Source: Patescibacteria group bacterium (GTDB lineage Bacteria; Patescibacteriota; Microgenomatia; UBA10105; UBA927). From it: DNA of 64,000 bases. Shown here piece by piece: positions 1-9,823 of the stretch. The DNA lies in assembly GCA_035510735.1 (NCBI GenBank), contig DATKGN010000010.1, forward strand, positions 27,814-91,813, in the 5' to 3' direction. Within the stretch, counting starts at the first letter, position 1, and each line of letters opens with the position of its first letter. A program made the translations under genes and the position numbers. The notes below the pieces were generated by a model. That model ran no database searches, was not told the origin of the DNA, and saw only the letters and a program-made list of their open reading frames with translations.

Positions 1-1709
1 ACCTCAGGAGAAGGCTTGCGCGCCTGATCCCGCCGTAAAGCAGGAATTATCGTGGCGTCAGCCACTCCTGTCCCGATATACTCGATCTCCGGTTGAATAA
101 CTTGAGCGGGTTTTTCTACTTGCTCCGGCTCTTTGCTGATTTTCACAAAGCCATCTTTATCCAATCGTTGCGTGAGATTCCTAAGACTACTGACAACTAA
201 TTCGATCGGCATGTTGTATATTTCAGCTATTTTTTGCGCATCCATGTGACGGAGGTAAAAAGAGGAATACAGATGACCGAATGTTACGACATATTCAGCT
301 GAAAATGTGTGTAACTCATTTGTTGAAATATCTGAATCCTCATCATGAGTCGGACTCGTTTCAAAATAAAAGAAGTATCCATCTTTTGCGATAACCGGAT
401 CATCGAGCGTACCGTCCTCAAAAACATACGTCCCATCGGTTAAGAATAATTTTGGATTTGGGATAATAGTTCGTTTGCTTAATCCGATGGTAGCCCATTG
501 AATTTTTGTATCATCAAATCGTTCAGACCGTACTCCTAATTCATACAGTTTCTCATCAATGTCAGGCTCATTTTCCCAATCTTCTTCTGCATCAGCGTCG
601 TGTTCTGCGTCATCATCCTCACTAAAATTACTGGAGTCAAAATCAGCATCGCGCATCTGGTGAGCGTGTTCGATGGCTATATCATCGACGGAAAAACGCT
701 CGGAAATACCATATACGGACGACAATATATCCTGGACGTCGGCATTGATGGGTTGATCAGCGCGAAGACCTAAAAATACCCGGGTTATATCAACGTTATT
801 CGACCGTAAATATTCATCAAGAGCAAATATCATCGCCTTATTTGGATTGCCCCTTGAATCTTTATCAACACGCAGCACAAAAAGTATGCAACCCATCAGA
901 TGCACCATATCGTTATGATTCAGATGCCATCGGCTTTCCATGAGGGTCTGAGCAAGACGATGTGGAAAACCCGAGTCCAAACGACCGCGCGCCATACTCA
1001 TAACTTTATTTGCTTCGTCGCTATATTCATAACCAACGCGTTTACTTATCTCCATTTGATGTACACGTCCACCAACCCAATGGGCGCGCCGCGGCGAAAG
1101 CGCAGTACCTTTATATTGTATTTCCGGAAGCGATTTCTTTTGACGTCGTTTCTGAAATAATTCATGCATCATTGCATCGTTAAGCGCCCGGTTGATATCT
1201 AAGTCTGGCACTATGCGATGGACCAGACGAATATTTTCCATCATCTCCGTAGACACTTTGATTCCCGTCTTCTTCGGCATCGCGTCTGAGAGCTTATCAA
1301 TATCAGAATCCATCGTTACGGCTAAAGGTGAAAGCGGAACAATTGTCTTTTTTGGATCGGCATATTTGCTCCACACGGATAGTGTGTATATCAAACGATT
1401 CCTGGCAATTTCATCAAGTTGCCATCTACCGGTCTCTGCTGTTTGTTGCATCTCTTGTTTAGCCTGAAGTACTACTGTATCGGCTAAATTTTTATCAAGC
1501 GCCAACAGTTGCATCCATTGAAAGTGCAGATGTTCTTTTGCAGTTTGGGTCACTTCATTATCCCCGATAAGATGGAGATTCTTCAAATCGTCATTTGTTA
1601 TCCATTGCTGCGCATTATCAGCCATTTGGCGCAACTGGCCGATTGGCGATTGGGCGAAGCTTTGTTTCGCCTGAGAGAACTCCCGATCAAAACTGACGTC
1701 TACTACCAT
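1..1709 (-). CDS. hypothetical acidic protein (start at 1709; C-terminus runs past the window start)
   Basis: Hand translation of the minus strand gives an uninterrupted ORF from ATG at 1707-1709 to position 1. It includes a long Asp/Glu-rich segment. The plus-strand track ORFs at 900-1796 overlap it and look spurious. Confidence 0.45.
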   Translation of the reverse strand, partial: MVVDVSFDREFSQAKQSFAQSPIGQLRQMADNAQQWITNDDLKNLHLIGDNEVTQTAKEHLHFQWMQLLALDKNLADTVVLQAKQEMQQTAETGRWQLDEIARNRLIYTLSVWSKYADPKKTIVPLSPLAVTMDSDIDKLSDAMPKKTGIKVSTEMMENIRLVHRIVPDLDINRALNDAMMHELFQKRRQKKSLPEIQYKGTALSPRRAHWVGGRVHQMEISKRVGYEYSDEANKVMSMARGRLDSGFPHRLAQTLMESRWHLNHNDMVHLMGCILFVLRVDKDSRGNPNKAMIFALDEYLRSNNVDITRVFLGLRADQPINADVQDILSSVYGISERFSVDDIAIEHAHQMRDADFDSSNFSEDDDAEHDADAEEDWENEPDIDEKLYELGVRSERFDDTKIQWATIGLSKRTIIPNPKLFLTDGTYVFEDGTLDDPVIAKDGYFFYFETSPTHDEDSDISTNELHTFSAEYVVTFGHLYSSFYLRHMDAQKIAEIYNMPIELVVSSLRNLTQRLDKDGFVKISKEPEQVEKPAQVIQPEIEYIGTGVADATIIPALRRDQARKPSPE

Positions 1710-1801
1710 ATATCTACATCCAGATTAACGGGAACCTGTAATAAAGTAAACATAGTCCAACATTTTCTTCTCTCCCCCGTTCGTATGGTATACTAATCCC
1801 C

Positions 1802-4087
1802 ATGAACGTTTCATCGTGGTGCACGAAAGTAATCCGTTGGTCGTTTTATCTTCTCTTCATCCTCGTGCCCTTAATTCTCACACCTGTCAATTACGAACTG
1901 TTTGAATTCAATAAGATGATGGTGACGTATGCCATAACGATCATTATCGCCTCAGCATGGCTCATCAAGATGGTGAGCGACCGGCAAGTACGCATCGTGA
2001 AAACTCCCCTTGACGTGCCGATTGCACTTTTTGTCGCATCCCAACTAGTCAGCTCCGTGTTTTCCATAGATCCCCACGTTTCGTGGCTTGGATATTACAG
2101 CAGGTTTAATGGCGGCATGTGGTCAGTGATTTCCTACGTCGTACTCTACTATGCATGCGTCACTAATTTTTCAACTTCAGGCTCCAATGAGGCACAACGC
2201 GAAGATAGAGGCTCGAAGTCTTCTATCATCTATCTTCTCCTACGAGTTATCCTGGGCACCGCCTCGGTCGTCGCTCTTTACGGCGTCGCAGAGCACTTCG
2301 GCATCGATAAACACCTCTGGGTCCAGGATGTGCAGGACCGCGTATTTTCAACACTCGGACAACCCAACTGGCTCGCTGCATATTTGATCGCACTGTTCCC
2401 CATCGCGATGGCACTCGCGTTACAAACTCAAATTACAAAACTCAAAACTCAAAATAATATAAAAGTTCCAAATTCAAAACAATTTGGTTCTTTAAATTTT
2501 GAATTTCCTTTGGATTTGGGGTTTTGGATTTGGAGCTTTATCTCTGTTCTTTTTTTCCTCGTTCTTCTGTTTACCCGTTCACGCTCAGGACTTTTAGGAA
2601 TTACTGTCGCTGACGTATTATTCTGGGTCGTCATGTATTTGAGCACAAAGGATGTCAAACGGATACTCCCAGCTGGAATTCTTCTCCATGTTCTTTTTGT
2701 CGTCATCGTGTTTTTCAACGGAACCTCGATAAGTCAGATCGATAACCATTTCACTTTAAGCGGCATACAAAATATTTTTGCTAGTCACACCGCTTCAAAA
2801 GCGCCAACTCCTGCTCCGCCCGCATCAACCGGGCCGCAACTTGAAGAAGGCGGCACGGAATCAGGCACTATAAGGAAATACGTCTGGCAGGCGGCAGTTT
2901 TTGCATGGCAGAGCTCCGTCAAAACGGTTCTCATAGGGACGGGAACGGAAACATTTACCTTTGATTTCTACCGGTTTAGGCCTGCCGGACACAACCTCAC
3001 GAGCGAGTGGGATTTTCTTTACAATAAAGCACACAATGAATATCTCAATTATTTAGCGACAACCGGTTTATTCGGTTTAGGAAGCTACCTATTTTTTATC
3101 GGAGCGTTTATCGTTTGGTTTATTAAATCCCAAATTCTAAGCACAAAATCCAAAATAAATCTAAAGACTCAAATACAAAATTCAAAACAATTCGGAAATT
3201 CTGAATTCGGATTTCCTTTGGATTTGGAATTTGGAATTTTGGAATTGGCCCTCTTCGCCGGCTGGATTTCCATCCTCATTACGAACTTTTTCGGTTTCTC
3301 CGTCGTCATCATGCAACTATTGCTTTTTCTCATACCCGCCATGGCGTTTGTTATCTCAGAGTCAGAGTCAAAAATGCTCCGGGTCTACGTGGTGAAACTC
3401 GCTGTCCCATCATGGATTTCCTGGCTCGTCGCAATATCAGGCATCCTTCTCGTCGTCCGGGTCGGATCGTATTGGTACGCCGATAAACTCTATGCGACCG
3501 CCTATCGTCTCGCGAGGAGTGGACAGTACGCTCAGGCAGAAAACTATGATCTCCAATCGATTGCAATAAATTCCAACGAGCCCGTCTACCACGACGAACT
3601 AGCTACGACGATCGCAACTATAGCCGTCTCGCTCTTTGATCAGCAAAATGCAACGCTCGGAGGCCAACTTGCTAACCGTGCACTCAAAGAAAATGACCTG
3701 ACACTTATGACCTCGCCGCAAAACGTCAATTTCTGGAAAACGAGAACGAAAATTTTCTACTCCCTGTCGGCTTATGACCCGAAACTAAACACCGACGCGA
3801 TTAATGCGCTTACACAGGCGTCTGCGCTTTCTCCTAACGACCCGAAAATTTATTACAACCTAGCGATTCTGTATGGGCGCCAGGGAGATAATCAAAAGGC
3901 AATCAGCCTCCTCCAAAAATCAATTTCCCTCAAACGAGATTACCACGATGCGTACTATGCGCTCTATATATTTTATATTGATTTGAAGCAACCGGATCTT
4001 GCAAAAGGAGTCCTCCAAGATTACGTCAGCCATATTGACGCCAAAGATCAGCAATTTACGGAATTATTAGGTAAAATGGGACAATGA
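1802..4087 (+). CDS. O-antigen ligase (Wzy_C)-like polytopic membrane protein with C-terminal TPR repeats
   Basis: Many TM helices. Motif 'YNKAHNEYLNYLATTGLFGLGSYLFF' resembles the Wzy_C/O-antigen ligase signature. The C-terminus has TPR-like 'YYNLAILYGRQGDNQKAISLLQKSI'. Two in-frame copies of a palindromic repeat are present (see findings). Confidence 0.6.
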   Translation: MNVSSWCTKVIRWSFYLLFILVPLILTPVNYELFEFNKMMVTYAITIIIASAWLIKMVSDRQVRIVKTPLDVPIALFVASQLVSSVFSIDPHVSWLGYYSRFNGGMWSVISYVVLYYACVTNFSTSGSNEAQREDRGSKSSIIYLLLRVILGTASVVALYGVAEHFGIDKHLWVQDVQDRVFSTLGQPNWLAAYLIALFPIAMALALQTQITKLKTQNNIKVPNSKQFGSLNFEFPLDLGFWIWSFISVLFFLVLLFTRSRSGLLGITVADVLFWVVMYLSTKDVKRILPAGILLHVLFVVIVFFNGTSISQIDNHFTLSGIQNIFASHTASKAPTPAPPASTGPQLEEGGTESGTIRKYVWQAAVFAWQSSVKTVLIGTGTETFTFDFYRFRPAGHNLTSEWDFLYNKAHNEYLNYLATTGLFGLGSYLFFIGAFIVWFIKSQILSTKSKINLKTQIQNSKQFGNSEFGFPLDLEFGILELALFAGWISILITNFFGFSVVIMQLLLFLIPAMAFVISESESKMLRVYVVKLAVPSWISWLVAISGILLVVRVGSYWYADKLYATAYRLARSGQYAQAENYDLQSIAINSNEPVYHDELATTIATIAVSLFDQQNATLGGQLANRALKENDLTLMTSPQNVNFWKTRTKIFYSLSAYDPKLNTDAINALTQASALSPNDPKIYYNLAILYGRQGDNQKAISLLQKSISLKRDYHDAYYALYIFYIDLKQPDLAKGVLQDYVSHIDAKDQQFTELLGKMGQ

Positions 4088-4632
4088 AGCAGCATATCGT
4101 TACCGTACCAAACGAAGTTTTGACAACCCCGTCGCGTCCCGTTAGTGCTTTTGACAAACGACTTCTCAAACTCATTGACGATCTAACAACTACTCTTATA
4201 GCAACGAGGAATCCTAAGGGCGTTGGACTCGCCGCACCGCAGATCGGTGAATCATATAGGATTTTTGTCACGCGTCCCCACGAAAAGGATACGATCCGCA
4301 TATTTATAAATCCTGAAATCATACATAAATCGGACGGAAAAACCCAAGGCGTGCCGGAGCGGGAAAATAAACTTGAGGGATGCCTGTCGATCCCCCATAT
4401 CTGGGGCAAGGTCGCGCGCAGTGCATCAATCACGCTCCGTTTTCAGGATGAAACCGGCAAACAGCACGAAGAGGATTTTAAAGGATTTTTCGCGACAATT
4501 ATCCAGCATGAAACCGACCACTTAAACGGCATCCTATTCACCCACCGCGTACTTGAGCAGCAGGGTAAATTTTATGAGTCCAGTCGCGACGAACACGGGA
4601 AAGAAATACTCGAGGAAATCGAATTAAAATAG
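4084..4632 (+). CDS. def: peptide deformylase
   Basis: All three PDF motifs are present: 'GVGLAAPQIG', 'EGCLSIP' and 'QHETDHLNG'. Start overlaps the upstream stop by 4 nt. Confidence 0.9.
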   Translation: MKQHIVTVPNEVLTTPSRPVSAFDKRLLKLIDDLTTTLIATRNPKGVGLAAPQIGESYRIFVTRPHEKDTIRIFINPEIIHKSDGKTQGVPERENKLEGCLSIPHIWGKVARSASITLRFQDETGKQHEEDFKGFFATIIQHETDHLNGILFTHRVLEQQGKFYESSRDEHGKEILEEIELK

Positions 4633-4738
4633 ACATCATTTGTCATCGCGAGTCCGTTCTTACGGCGCGGCGATCTCCAAAACCTGCATGTGTAGGACGG
4701 AAAGATTGCTTCGTCGCTCGACGACTCGCACGATCGCA

Positions 4739-5893
4739 ATGACACAGATAATAAAAATACTATTTTTCGGCTCGACGGCGGACTCGGTCATCGTCCTTTC
4801 ACGTTTAAACGGATTACGAATGACGGATTACGAATTACGTGTTGTCTGTATAGTAACCCAGCCGCCAAAACCCGTGGGACGACAACTCGTAATCACGCCG
4901 ACGCCGGTTGAAGACTGGGCGAAACAACATACCATACCGGTTGTCTCATTTGCGTCAAGTAATGAAAATCCGTCGCTCTACGAACGTGAAGAATTGGTCG
5001 CAGATACGCTCGCACCGTTTAAAGCTGACCTTCTGGTGAGCGCTTCCTACGGTCAGCGAATTCCGATGCGGACCATTAACGAAGCCCGGTTCGGCGGCCT
5101 CAATGTCCACCCGTCAATTCTCCCCCGCTGGCGGGGCGCCGACCCTGTGCCATGGGCAATTCTTGCCGGCGACCATCAAATCGGCGCAACAATAGTGACA
5201 CTCACCGAAAAATTCGATGAAGGCAAAATTATCGCGCAAAAGAAAATCTCAATTATGGATACGGATACATCCGATCCTCTTCGAACAAAACTTTTTGATC
5301 TGGGAGCCCACCTCCTCATCACGTCTCTGCCTAACTATCTTAGTCAAAATCACAAGGAATTCCCTCAACAATATAACAATAAAACAATAAAACAATCATC
5401 TTCTTATGCCCGTAAATTTGTACGGGAAGACGGCTACATTCCGTGGGAATTGATACAGGCGGTTATCCAACCGGCGACAAGGAACACGGAACAAGGGACA
5501 AGCAAATCGGCAAATGTTTCAACAATAGAACACTATAACAATATAACAATTATAAAAGACTACCTGAAGTGTAGAGGCAGTTCCGATCAGGATAAGCCTC
5601 TCGGTGTGATTCTTGAGCGTTTTTTCCGTGCGCTTTCCCCATGGCCGGGGGTTTGGACTAAAATAACAATTCAACGAGAACAACAAATTAACAAATTGAC
5701 AACACAACAAAGCGATAATACAACAAAACAACGAAATAACACGGAAGAAAAACGGTTAAAAATACTCGCTTGTCACTTACAACCTACAACCAACAACCTC
5801 ATTCTGGATTCCGTCCAACTCGAAGGCAAAAAATCGGTTTCGTGGAAGCAATTTGAGGCTGCTTATTTGTACCAATCAACCCCTCAGAAATAA
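4739..5893 (+). CDS. fmt: methionyl-tRNA formyltransferase with low-complexity in-frame insertions
   Basis: 'ILFFGS' N-terminus and 'NVHPSILPRWRGADPV' (Fmt HPSLLP..RG motif). The track ORF starts at 4640 but reads through a TGTCAT palindromic element. ATG 4739 (MTQIIKILFFGS) lies inside the element's terminal repeat. The C-terminal half carries Asn/Gln/Thr-rich inserts. Confidence 0.8.
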   Translation: MTQIIKILFFGSTADSVIVLSRLNGLRMTDYELRVVCIVTQPPKPVGRQLVITPTPVEDWAKQHTIPVVSFASSNENPSLYEREELVADTLAPFKADLLVSASYGQRIPMRTINEARFGGLNVHPSILPRWRGADPVPWAILAGDHQIGATIVTLTEKFDEGKIIAQKKISIMDTDTSDPLRTKLFDLGAHLLITSLPNYLSQNHKEFPQQYNNKTIKQSSSYARKFVREDGYIPWELIQAVIQPATRNTEQGTSKSANVSTIEHYNNITIIKDYLKCRGSSDQDKPLGVILERFFRALSPWPGVWTKITIQREQQINKLTTQQSDNTTKQRNNTEEKRLKILACHLQPTTNNLILDSVQLEGKKSVSWKQFEAAYLYQSTPQK

Positions 5894-5905
5894 CACCGTA
5901 AACGA

Positions 5906-6213
5906 TTACGTTTGCGTTTCCGGATTATCAAAATACAACTCCGCGGAATTTGCCCGTTTATCTACAATCACATAATACATGTGACCTTTTTCTAATAGTG
6001 AATTATTTTTAGGCCTATCAAACGGCCACTCAATGAGGAGCTGCATTGTATCGGGAACGCCCAAGAGAACCCGTGCATCTGTAGCCGTAAGCGCAGGATC
6101 CCCATCCATTGAAATGCAATCGGCTTTCCGTCTGACATATACACAATCGTCATCTTCGCTGGGTTAATTACATCGCCTTGTTGGGCTAAAAGTTCATTTC
6201 CCATAAAATGCAT
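5906..6213 (-). pseudogene. possible frameshifted cupin-like small gene
   Basis: Two overlapping minus-strand ORFs in different frames (5992-6213 and 5906-6109) both look like fragments of one small beta-barrel (cupin-like) protein. A single frameshift near 6110 would join them. Confidence 0.2.
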
Positions 6214-6286
6214 TATACTCTAACGTGAATAGTCGTTGAAACTTTCACACAAATATCCTATAATTTGTATTCCTAAAGAATAGCAT

Positions 6287-8038
6287 ATGGCAATAGAATC
6301 ACCTCAATGGCTCAGCGACTGGACCTCAAACAACCAGGAACAGGTCTTTGATGTATCAATCGAAGAACGGTACGACGAGAATCTCGAAGAAACCGGCCTT
6401 GTCATTCACGGTCAACTCGCAGTGTCACAGTTTGACGGCGATACAACGGTTGCAATCTCAACCCCTATTGAAGTAGTTCCAAATGAAGATGAAGACGGTT
6501 GGTTTATGGATATTGAGGCCCGGATTCTCGAGCTTGATAGCGTAGTTGCAGAAAAAATGGACAACCTCATTGATGTATTGGAATCGGAGTGGCATAGATA
6601 TGAAACTGAGGTACTGTCAAAAGACGGTATTATCCTAAATTCCGGAATCGGTGACCCGGACGCCGATGAAGAAGCGGAAATCCCTTATGTTCAGATTGAA
6701 ACGGGAGATGAAGATGAGGGAGGAGACCATCCGGGCATCTCCTTATTCTGGGAAGAAGCAAGCGGAAAAGATCCACGGGAAGTACTTAACGCTAAAACCG
6801 CTATCATCCAGACACTATTCCCCTATTTTCGCCATTTTACTCAGTGGTTTATCGAAAACCGCCTCCCGGAGATTGAAGCACACTTAGCACAAATGCATCC
6901 TGATTGGCCTAAACACGTGCTTCAAAATTATCCCAATGCTCATAATATCCACGAAGATCAAAATGAAGATACAACATATGTATATGCGGATCTCACGGTA
7001 AACAACAATGGAAGCATGTCAGAAACACCCGTCAGGATACGGTATGAAGACGCTAACAGCGTCAATAGTGACATCAGTGTGAATCTCGTTATATGGTCAG
7101 CCGCGACCGATGCTGATAATAGACTTTTGAATAGAACAAATCGTTTAGCAGGAGGACTTCGGGATGACTGGGGGAAATTTACAACATCATCGCTTCATAA
7201 GGCATATAAGCGCGCGGGCCTCACGGACGATGAGATAGACGCAATACGCCCATATTTTTTCTTATTGGATGTTTTTACCGATAAATCCTTGCCGTCAGGC
7301 ATCTCATTGAGCCCGCATCTATTCGGGCAGGGATCTGAATTCACATCCGAAGATTCTCTTGCCTCAATGCTTTCCGTTCTTCCGAAATTATACCCCGAAG
7401 TCCGTAGATTCCTTGAAAATTTTTTCAATCATAGACTTCCGGAACTTGAAAAACAACGGGAAATGAATACAAAACAGAAACCAGATGGCATTATCGGATT
7501 ATGGGCATCTACACCCCGCCAATATTTTGTCGAACCAAAACATGAGTGGATCGAACCAGAGATGGGTCTTGATCCGTATATCGAACTTATTGCCGGTAAA
7601 ATCGTGGGTGCAACGGGCACTGTCTTAGATGGATATGAAATAGCACTCACGGACTATACGAATGAATACCATGAGGAACAGATGAAAATATCTATAAAAC
7701 TTCCCCAATATGTCGTCCGAGCTATCGAAGCCAATCAAAAACAGTTTACTGAATTAATGAGGAATCTTCAGAATGATCCGCAGAGCTTACCGGTTACTCC
7801 AACCATTGGAGATATTCAACTGCCGACTGACTTAGAAATTATGAGAGAAATAAACGGCAATCACGTATTTATACTCATGCATTGGATCGTCAATCGAGAG
7901 GTTTATACGTCCTTAAAAACGGTCGGGTGGACGAAGCAAATCATATTGGGAGAGCTCTATCCGCAGTGCATGAATATGTTTTTCGCATGGCAGCCGCATT
8001 TGGAAACCTTCGCCTCGGGATTTAAGACAACCTCTTGA
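6287..8038 (+). CDS. hypothetical protein, acidic N-terminal half
   Basis: 583-aa ORF, Asp/Glu-rich, with no recognisable catalytic motif. Confidence 0.5.
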   Translation: MAIESPQWLSDWTSNNQEQVFDVSIEERYDENLEETGLVIHGQLAVSQFDGDTTVAISTPIEVVPNEDEDGWFMDIEARILELDSVVAEKMDNLIDVLESEWHRYETEVLSKDGIILNSGIGDPDADEEAEIPYVQIETGDEDEGGDHPGISLFWEEASGKDPREVLNAKTAIIQTLFPYFRHFTQWFIENRLPEIEAHLAQMHPDWPKHVLQNYPNAHNIHEDQNEDTTYVYADLTVNNNGSMSETPVRIRYEDANSVNSDISVNLVIWSAATDADNRLLNRTNRLAGGLRDDWGKFTTSSLHKAYKRAGLTDDEIDAIRPYFFLLDVFTDKSLPSGISLSPHLFGQGSEFTSEDSLASMLSVLPKLYPEVRRFLENFFNHRLPELEKQREMNTKQKPDGIIGLWASTPRQYFVEPKHEWIEPEMGLDPYIELIAGKIVGATGTVLDGYEIALTDYTNEYHEEQMKISIKLPQYVVRAIEANQKQFTELMRNLQNDPQSLPVTPTIGDIQLPTDLEIMREINGNHVFILMHWIVNREVYTSLKTVGWTKQIILGELYPQCMNMFFAWQPHLETFASGFKTTS

Positions 8039-8082
8039 CAGAAAACCAACTTCACCGTACGCTCAATATAAGGAGTAAATAT

Positions 8083-8346
8083 ATGGCAAAACGAAGAACA
8101 TCACGGTCAAATTTTAAAACAGAAGATTTCGGTTCATGGAACTTTGTTCTCTTCTTAACGCTCGCATTCATCCTCCTTGTCGTACTTCTATCAGCCATGA
8201 AGGGCGTCAGCAACGATATTAGGAGTAAAGCTGGCTTAATTTGTCCGACGGTTGCCCTCCCCAGAGCCGAAGATTGTCCGGGCGGCTGGAAATATATGCG
8301 GGACGTGACGAACGGCTGTCCAACCTTCGTGTGTGAAGCGAAATGA
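8083..8346 (+). CDS. small membrane-anchored Cys-containing protein
   Basis: SD 'aaggag' lies 8 nt upstream of ATG 8083 (MAKRRTSRS). One TM helix and a C-terminal 'CPGGWKYMRDVTNGCPTFVC'. Confidence 0.45.
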   Translation: MAKRRTSRSNFKTEDFGSWNFVLFLTLAFILLVVLLSAMKGVSNDIRSKAGLICPTVALPRAEDCPGGWKYMRDVTNGCPTFVCEAK

Positions 8347-8349
8347 ATA

Positions 8350-8386
8350 ACGTATAACCAATTGACAAATTAACCAATTAACAAAA
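8350..8386. repeat. 'aaccaattgacaaattaaccaattaacaa' block, inverted relative to the 'ttgttaat' tandem repeats downstream of the gene
   Basis: Reverse complement of the unit repeated at 8752-8830. Confidence 0.5.
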
Positions 8387-8388
8387 AT

Positions 8389-8751
8389 GTGAAAACATTT
8401 CGTTTTCTTGATTTTCCCGTTTATAAGGAATCAAAACTCTTTCATCAATACTGCATTAAAATAACCACAGCATTACCTCGAACATATTGGGAATTAGGTG
8501 ATCAATTGCGACGTGCTGCACTCTCCATTTGTTTGAATATTTCAGAGGGATCAGCTAAATATTCTGACCGAGATTTTAAGCGTTTTATTGAAAACGCATT
8601 AGGGTCCGCAAATGAGTCATTCGCATGTCTTGATATCGCGATTAACCAGAAATTAATTACCCAAAAAACATTTCTAGAAGGGCAAACGCTAATAGAGAGC
8701 ATTACTAGGCAACTTGGAGGATTATCAAAAAAGCTTCGTGCGTTTTGTTAA
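8389..8751 (+). CDS. four-helix-bundle protein (23S rRNA intervening-sequence protein family)
   Basis: Family motif 'DQLRRAALSICLNISEGSAKYSDRDFKRFIENALGSANE'. Flanked by inverted 'ttgttaat' repeat blocks. Confidence 0.8.
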   Translation: MKTFRFLDFPVYKESKLFHQYCIKITTALPRTYWELGDQLRRAALSICLNISEGSAKYSDRDFKRFIENALGSANESFACLDIAINQKLITQKTFLEGQTLIESITRQLGGLSKKLRAFC

Positions 8752-8830
8752 TTTGTTAATTTGTTAATTTGTTGTTTCCGTCAATTTGTTAATTAGTTAC
8801 TTTGTTAATTGGTAAATTTGTCACAATCGC
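8752..8830. repeat. tandem 8-nt 'ttgttaat/aatttgtt' repeats
   Basis: 'tttgttaatttgttaatttgttaatttgttg...ttgttaattagttactttgttaattggtaaatttgtc'. Confidence 0.7.
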
Positions 8831-9055
8831 GGCTTTCCTGATATCAAACTTCACCCGTTTAATGCATTTTGCACACGAACGGACTCTGGTTGAAACCCCA
8901 TGAATCGGCATCGTAATCCAGTGAAGGTTCGGGGCAAACGACCGCACGGTCTTTTGTGCACGTTTTTTCCACTGTCCACCAGCAACACCTGTGTGATGGG
9001 TGTGCTGTCTTCCTGCGTGAGTTTTTTTACTGCAAAGGTCACATTGGTACGCCAT
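8789..9055 (-). CDS. rpmB: 50S ribosomal protein L28
   Basis: 'MAYQCDLCSKKTHAGRQHTHH...FAPNLHW...VRSCAKCIK' matches the L28 pattern (MxxVCxxCGKK...NxSHx...PNLQ). Confidence 0.75.
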   Translation of the reverse strand: MAYQCDLCSKKTHAGRQHTHHTGVAGGQWKKRAQKTVRSFAPNLHWITMPIHGVSTRVRSCAKCIKRVKFDIRKAAIVTNLPINKVTN

Positions 9056-9067
9056 ATTAAAAGAAAT

Positions 9068-9155
9068 GAGAGCATTAGTGTTTAGAATTTAGCGTGAATT
9101 AATTAACTGAGCCCAAGTCTCTAATGCACTAAACTCTAATTTACTAAGCTCCTCT
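9068..9155. repeat. 'TAGAG/CTCTA'-word imperfect palindromic element (family copy 1)
   Basis: 'agcattagtgtttagaatttagcg...ctctaatgcactaaactctaatttactaagctcc'. Confidence 0.55.
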
Positions 9156-9175
9156 ATTGCCGTATACTATACCAC

Positions 9176-9823
9176 ATGATCGGCCAATTGATCAATAACC
9201 CCATCGCATTTGTCTTCTGGATCATCGCGCTCGTTGTTGCTATATCGATACACGAATTTTCCCATGCGTTTATGGCTGACTACCTCGGAGACCCCACGCC
9301 CAGGCTCCAGGGCCGGCTCACACTCAATCCACTCGCCCACCTGGATCCGATCGGTACGATACTGCTTCTCATCGCCCGGTTCGGCTGGGGAAAGCCGGTC
9401 ATCTTTGATCCGTATAATCTACGAAATCCGAAGCGTGACAGCGCGCTTATTTCTATTGCCGGCCCCATCTCAAACTTCCTCCTGGCATCAGTTTGTGCGA
9501 TTATCGTACATTTTTTAATGAATATAAATTCCACAGCCGTTGACGTACTCATTGCGCTTCTCCAATCCATCATTGTCCTCAGTGTCATGCTCGGAGTGTT
9601 TAACCTGGTCCCGATCCATCCGCTGGACGGATTTAAGATTGTTGAGGGGATATTACCCGATGAATATGCAAGACAATGGCACGAGCTTCAACCGTACGGG
9701 CTTATTTTCCTCCTGTTTCTTGCGTTTCCGATTCTCGGGAATGTCGCACCGCTAACCCGCGTGATCTCACCGGTGATTAATGGAATTCTTGGGATTTTGC
9801 TGCCAGGGACTTCGCTGTTCTAA
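9176..9823 (+). CDS. site-2 protease family (peptidase M50) membrane metalloprotease
   Basis: 'HEFSHAFMA' (HExxH) in a TM helix, and a downstream 'LVPIHPLDGFKIV' (LDG motif). Confidence 0.75.
   Translation: MIGQLINNPIAFVFWIIALVVAISIHEFSHAFMADYLGDPTPRLQGRLTLNPLAHLDPIGTILLLIARFGWGKPVIFDPYNLRNPKRDSALISIAGPISNFLLASVCAIIVHFLMNINSTAVDVLIALLQSIIVLSVMLGVFNLVPIHPLDGFKIVEGILPDEYARQWHELQPYGLIFLLFLAFPILGNVAPLTRVISPVINGILGILLPGTSLF

Noticed and set aside
900-1796. Three plus-strand track ORFs (900-1160, 1192-1467, 1509-1796)
   Set aside because: They lie antisense to a long uninterrupted minus-strand reading frame (1709 down past position 1) with a plausible start and an acidic-domain protein. The plus ORFs are short, mutually out of frame and featureless.
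2151-2718. Internal and antisense track ORFs inside large genes (for example 2151-2387, 2449-2718, 24499-24771, 25355-25858, 31066-31563, 31668-32168)
   Set aside because: They are embedded in or antisense to well-supported genes (O-antigen ligase, giant surface protein, nusG) and are driven by PT- or GC-rich repeat translation.
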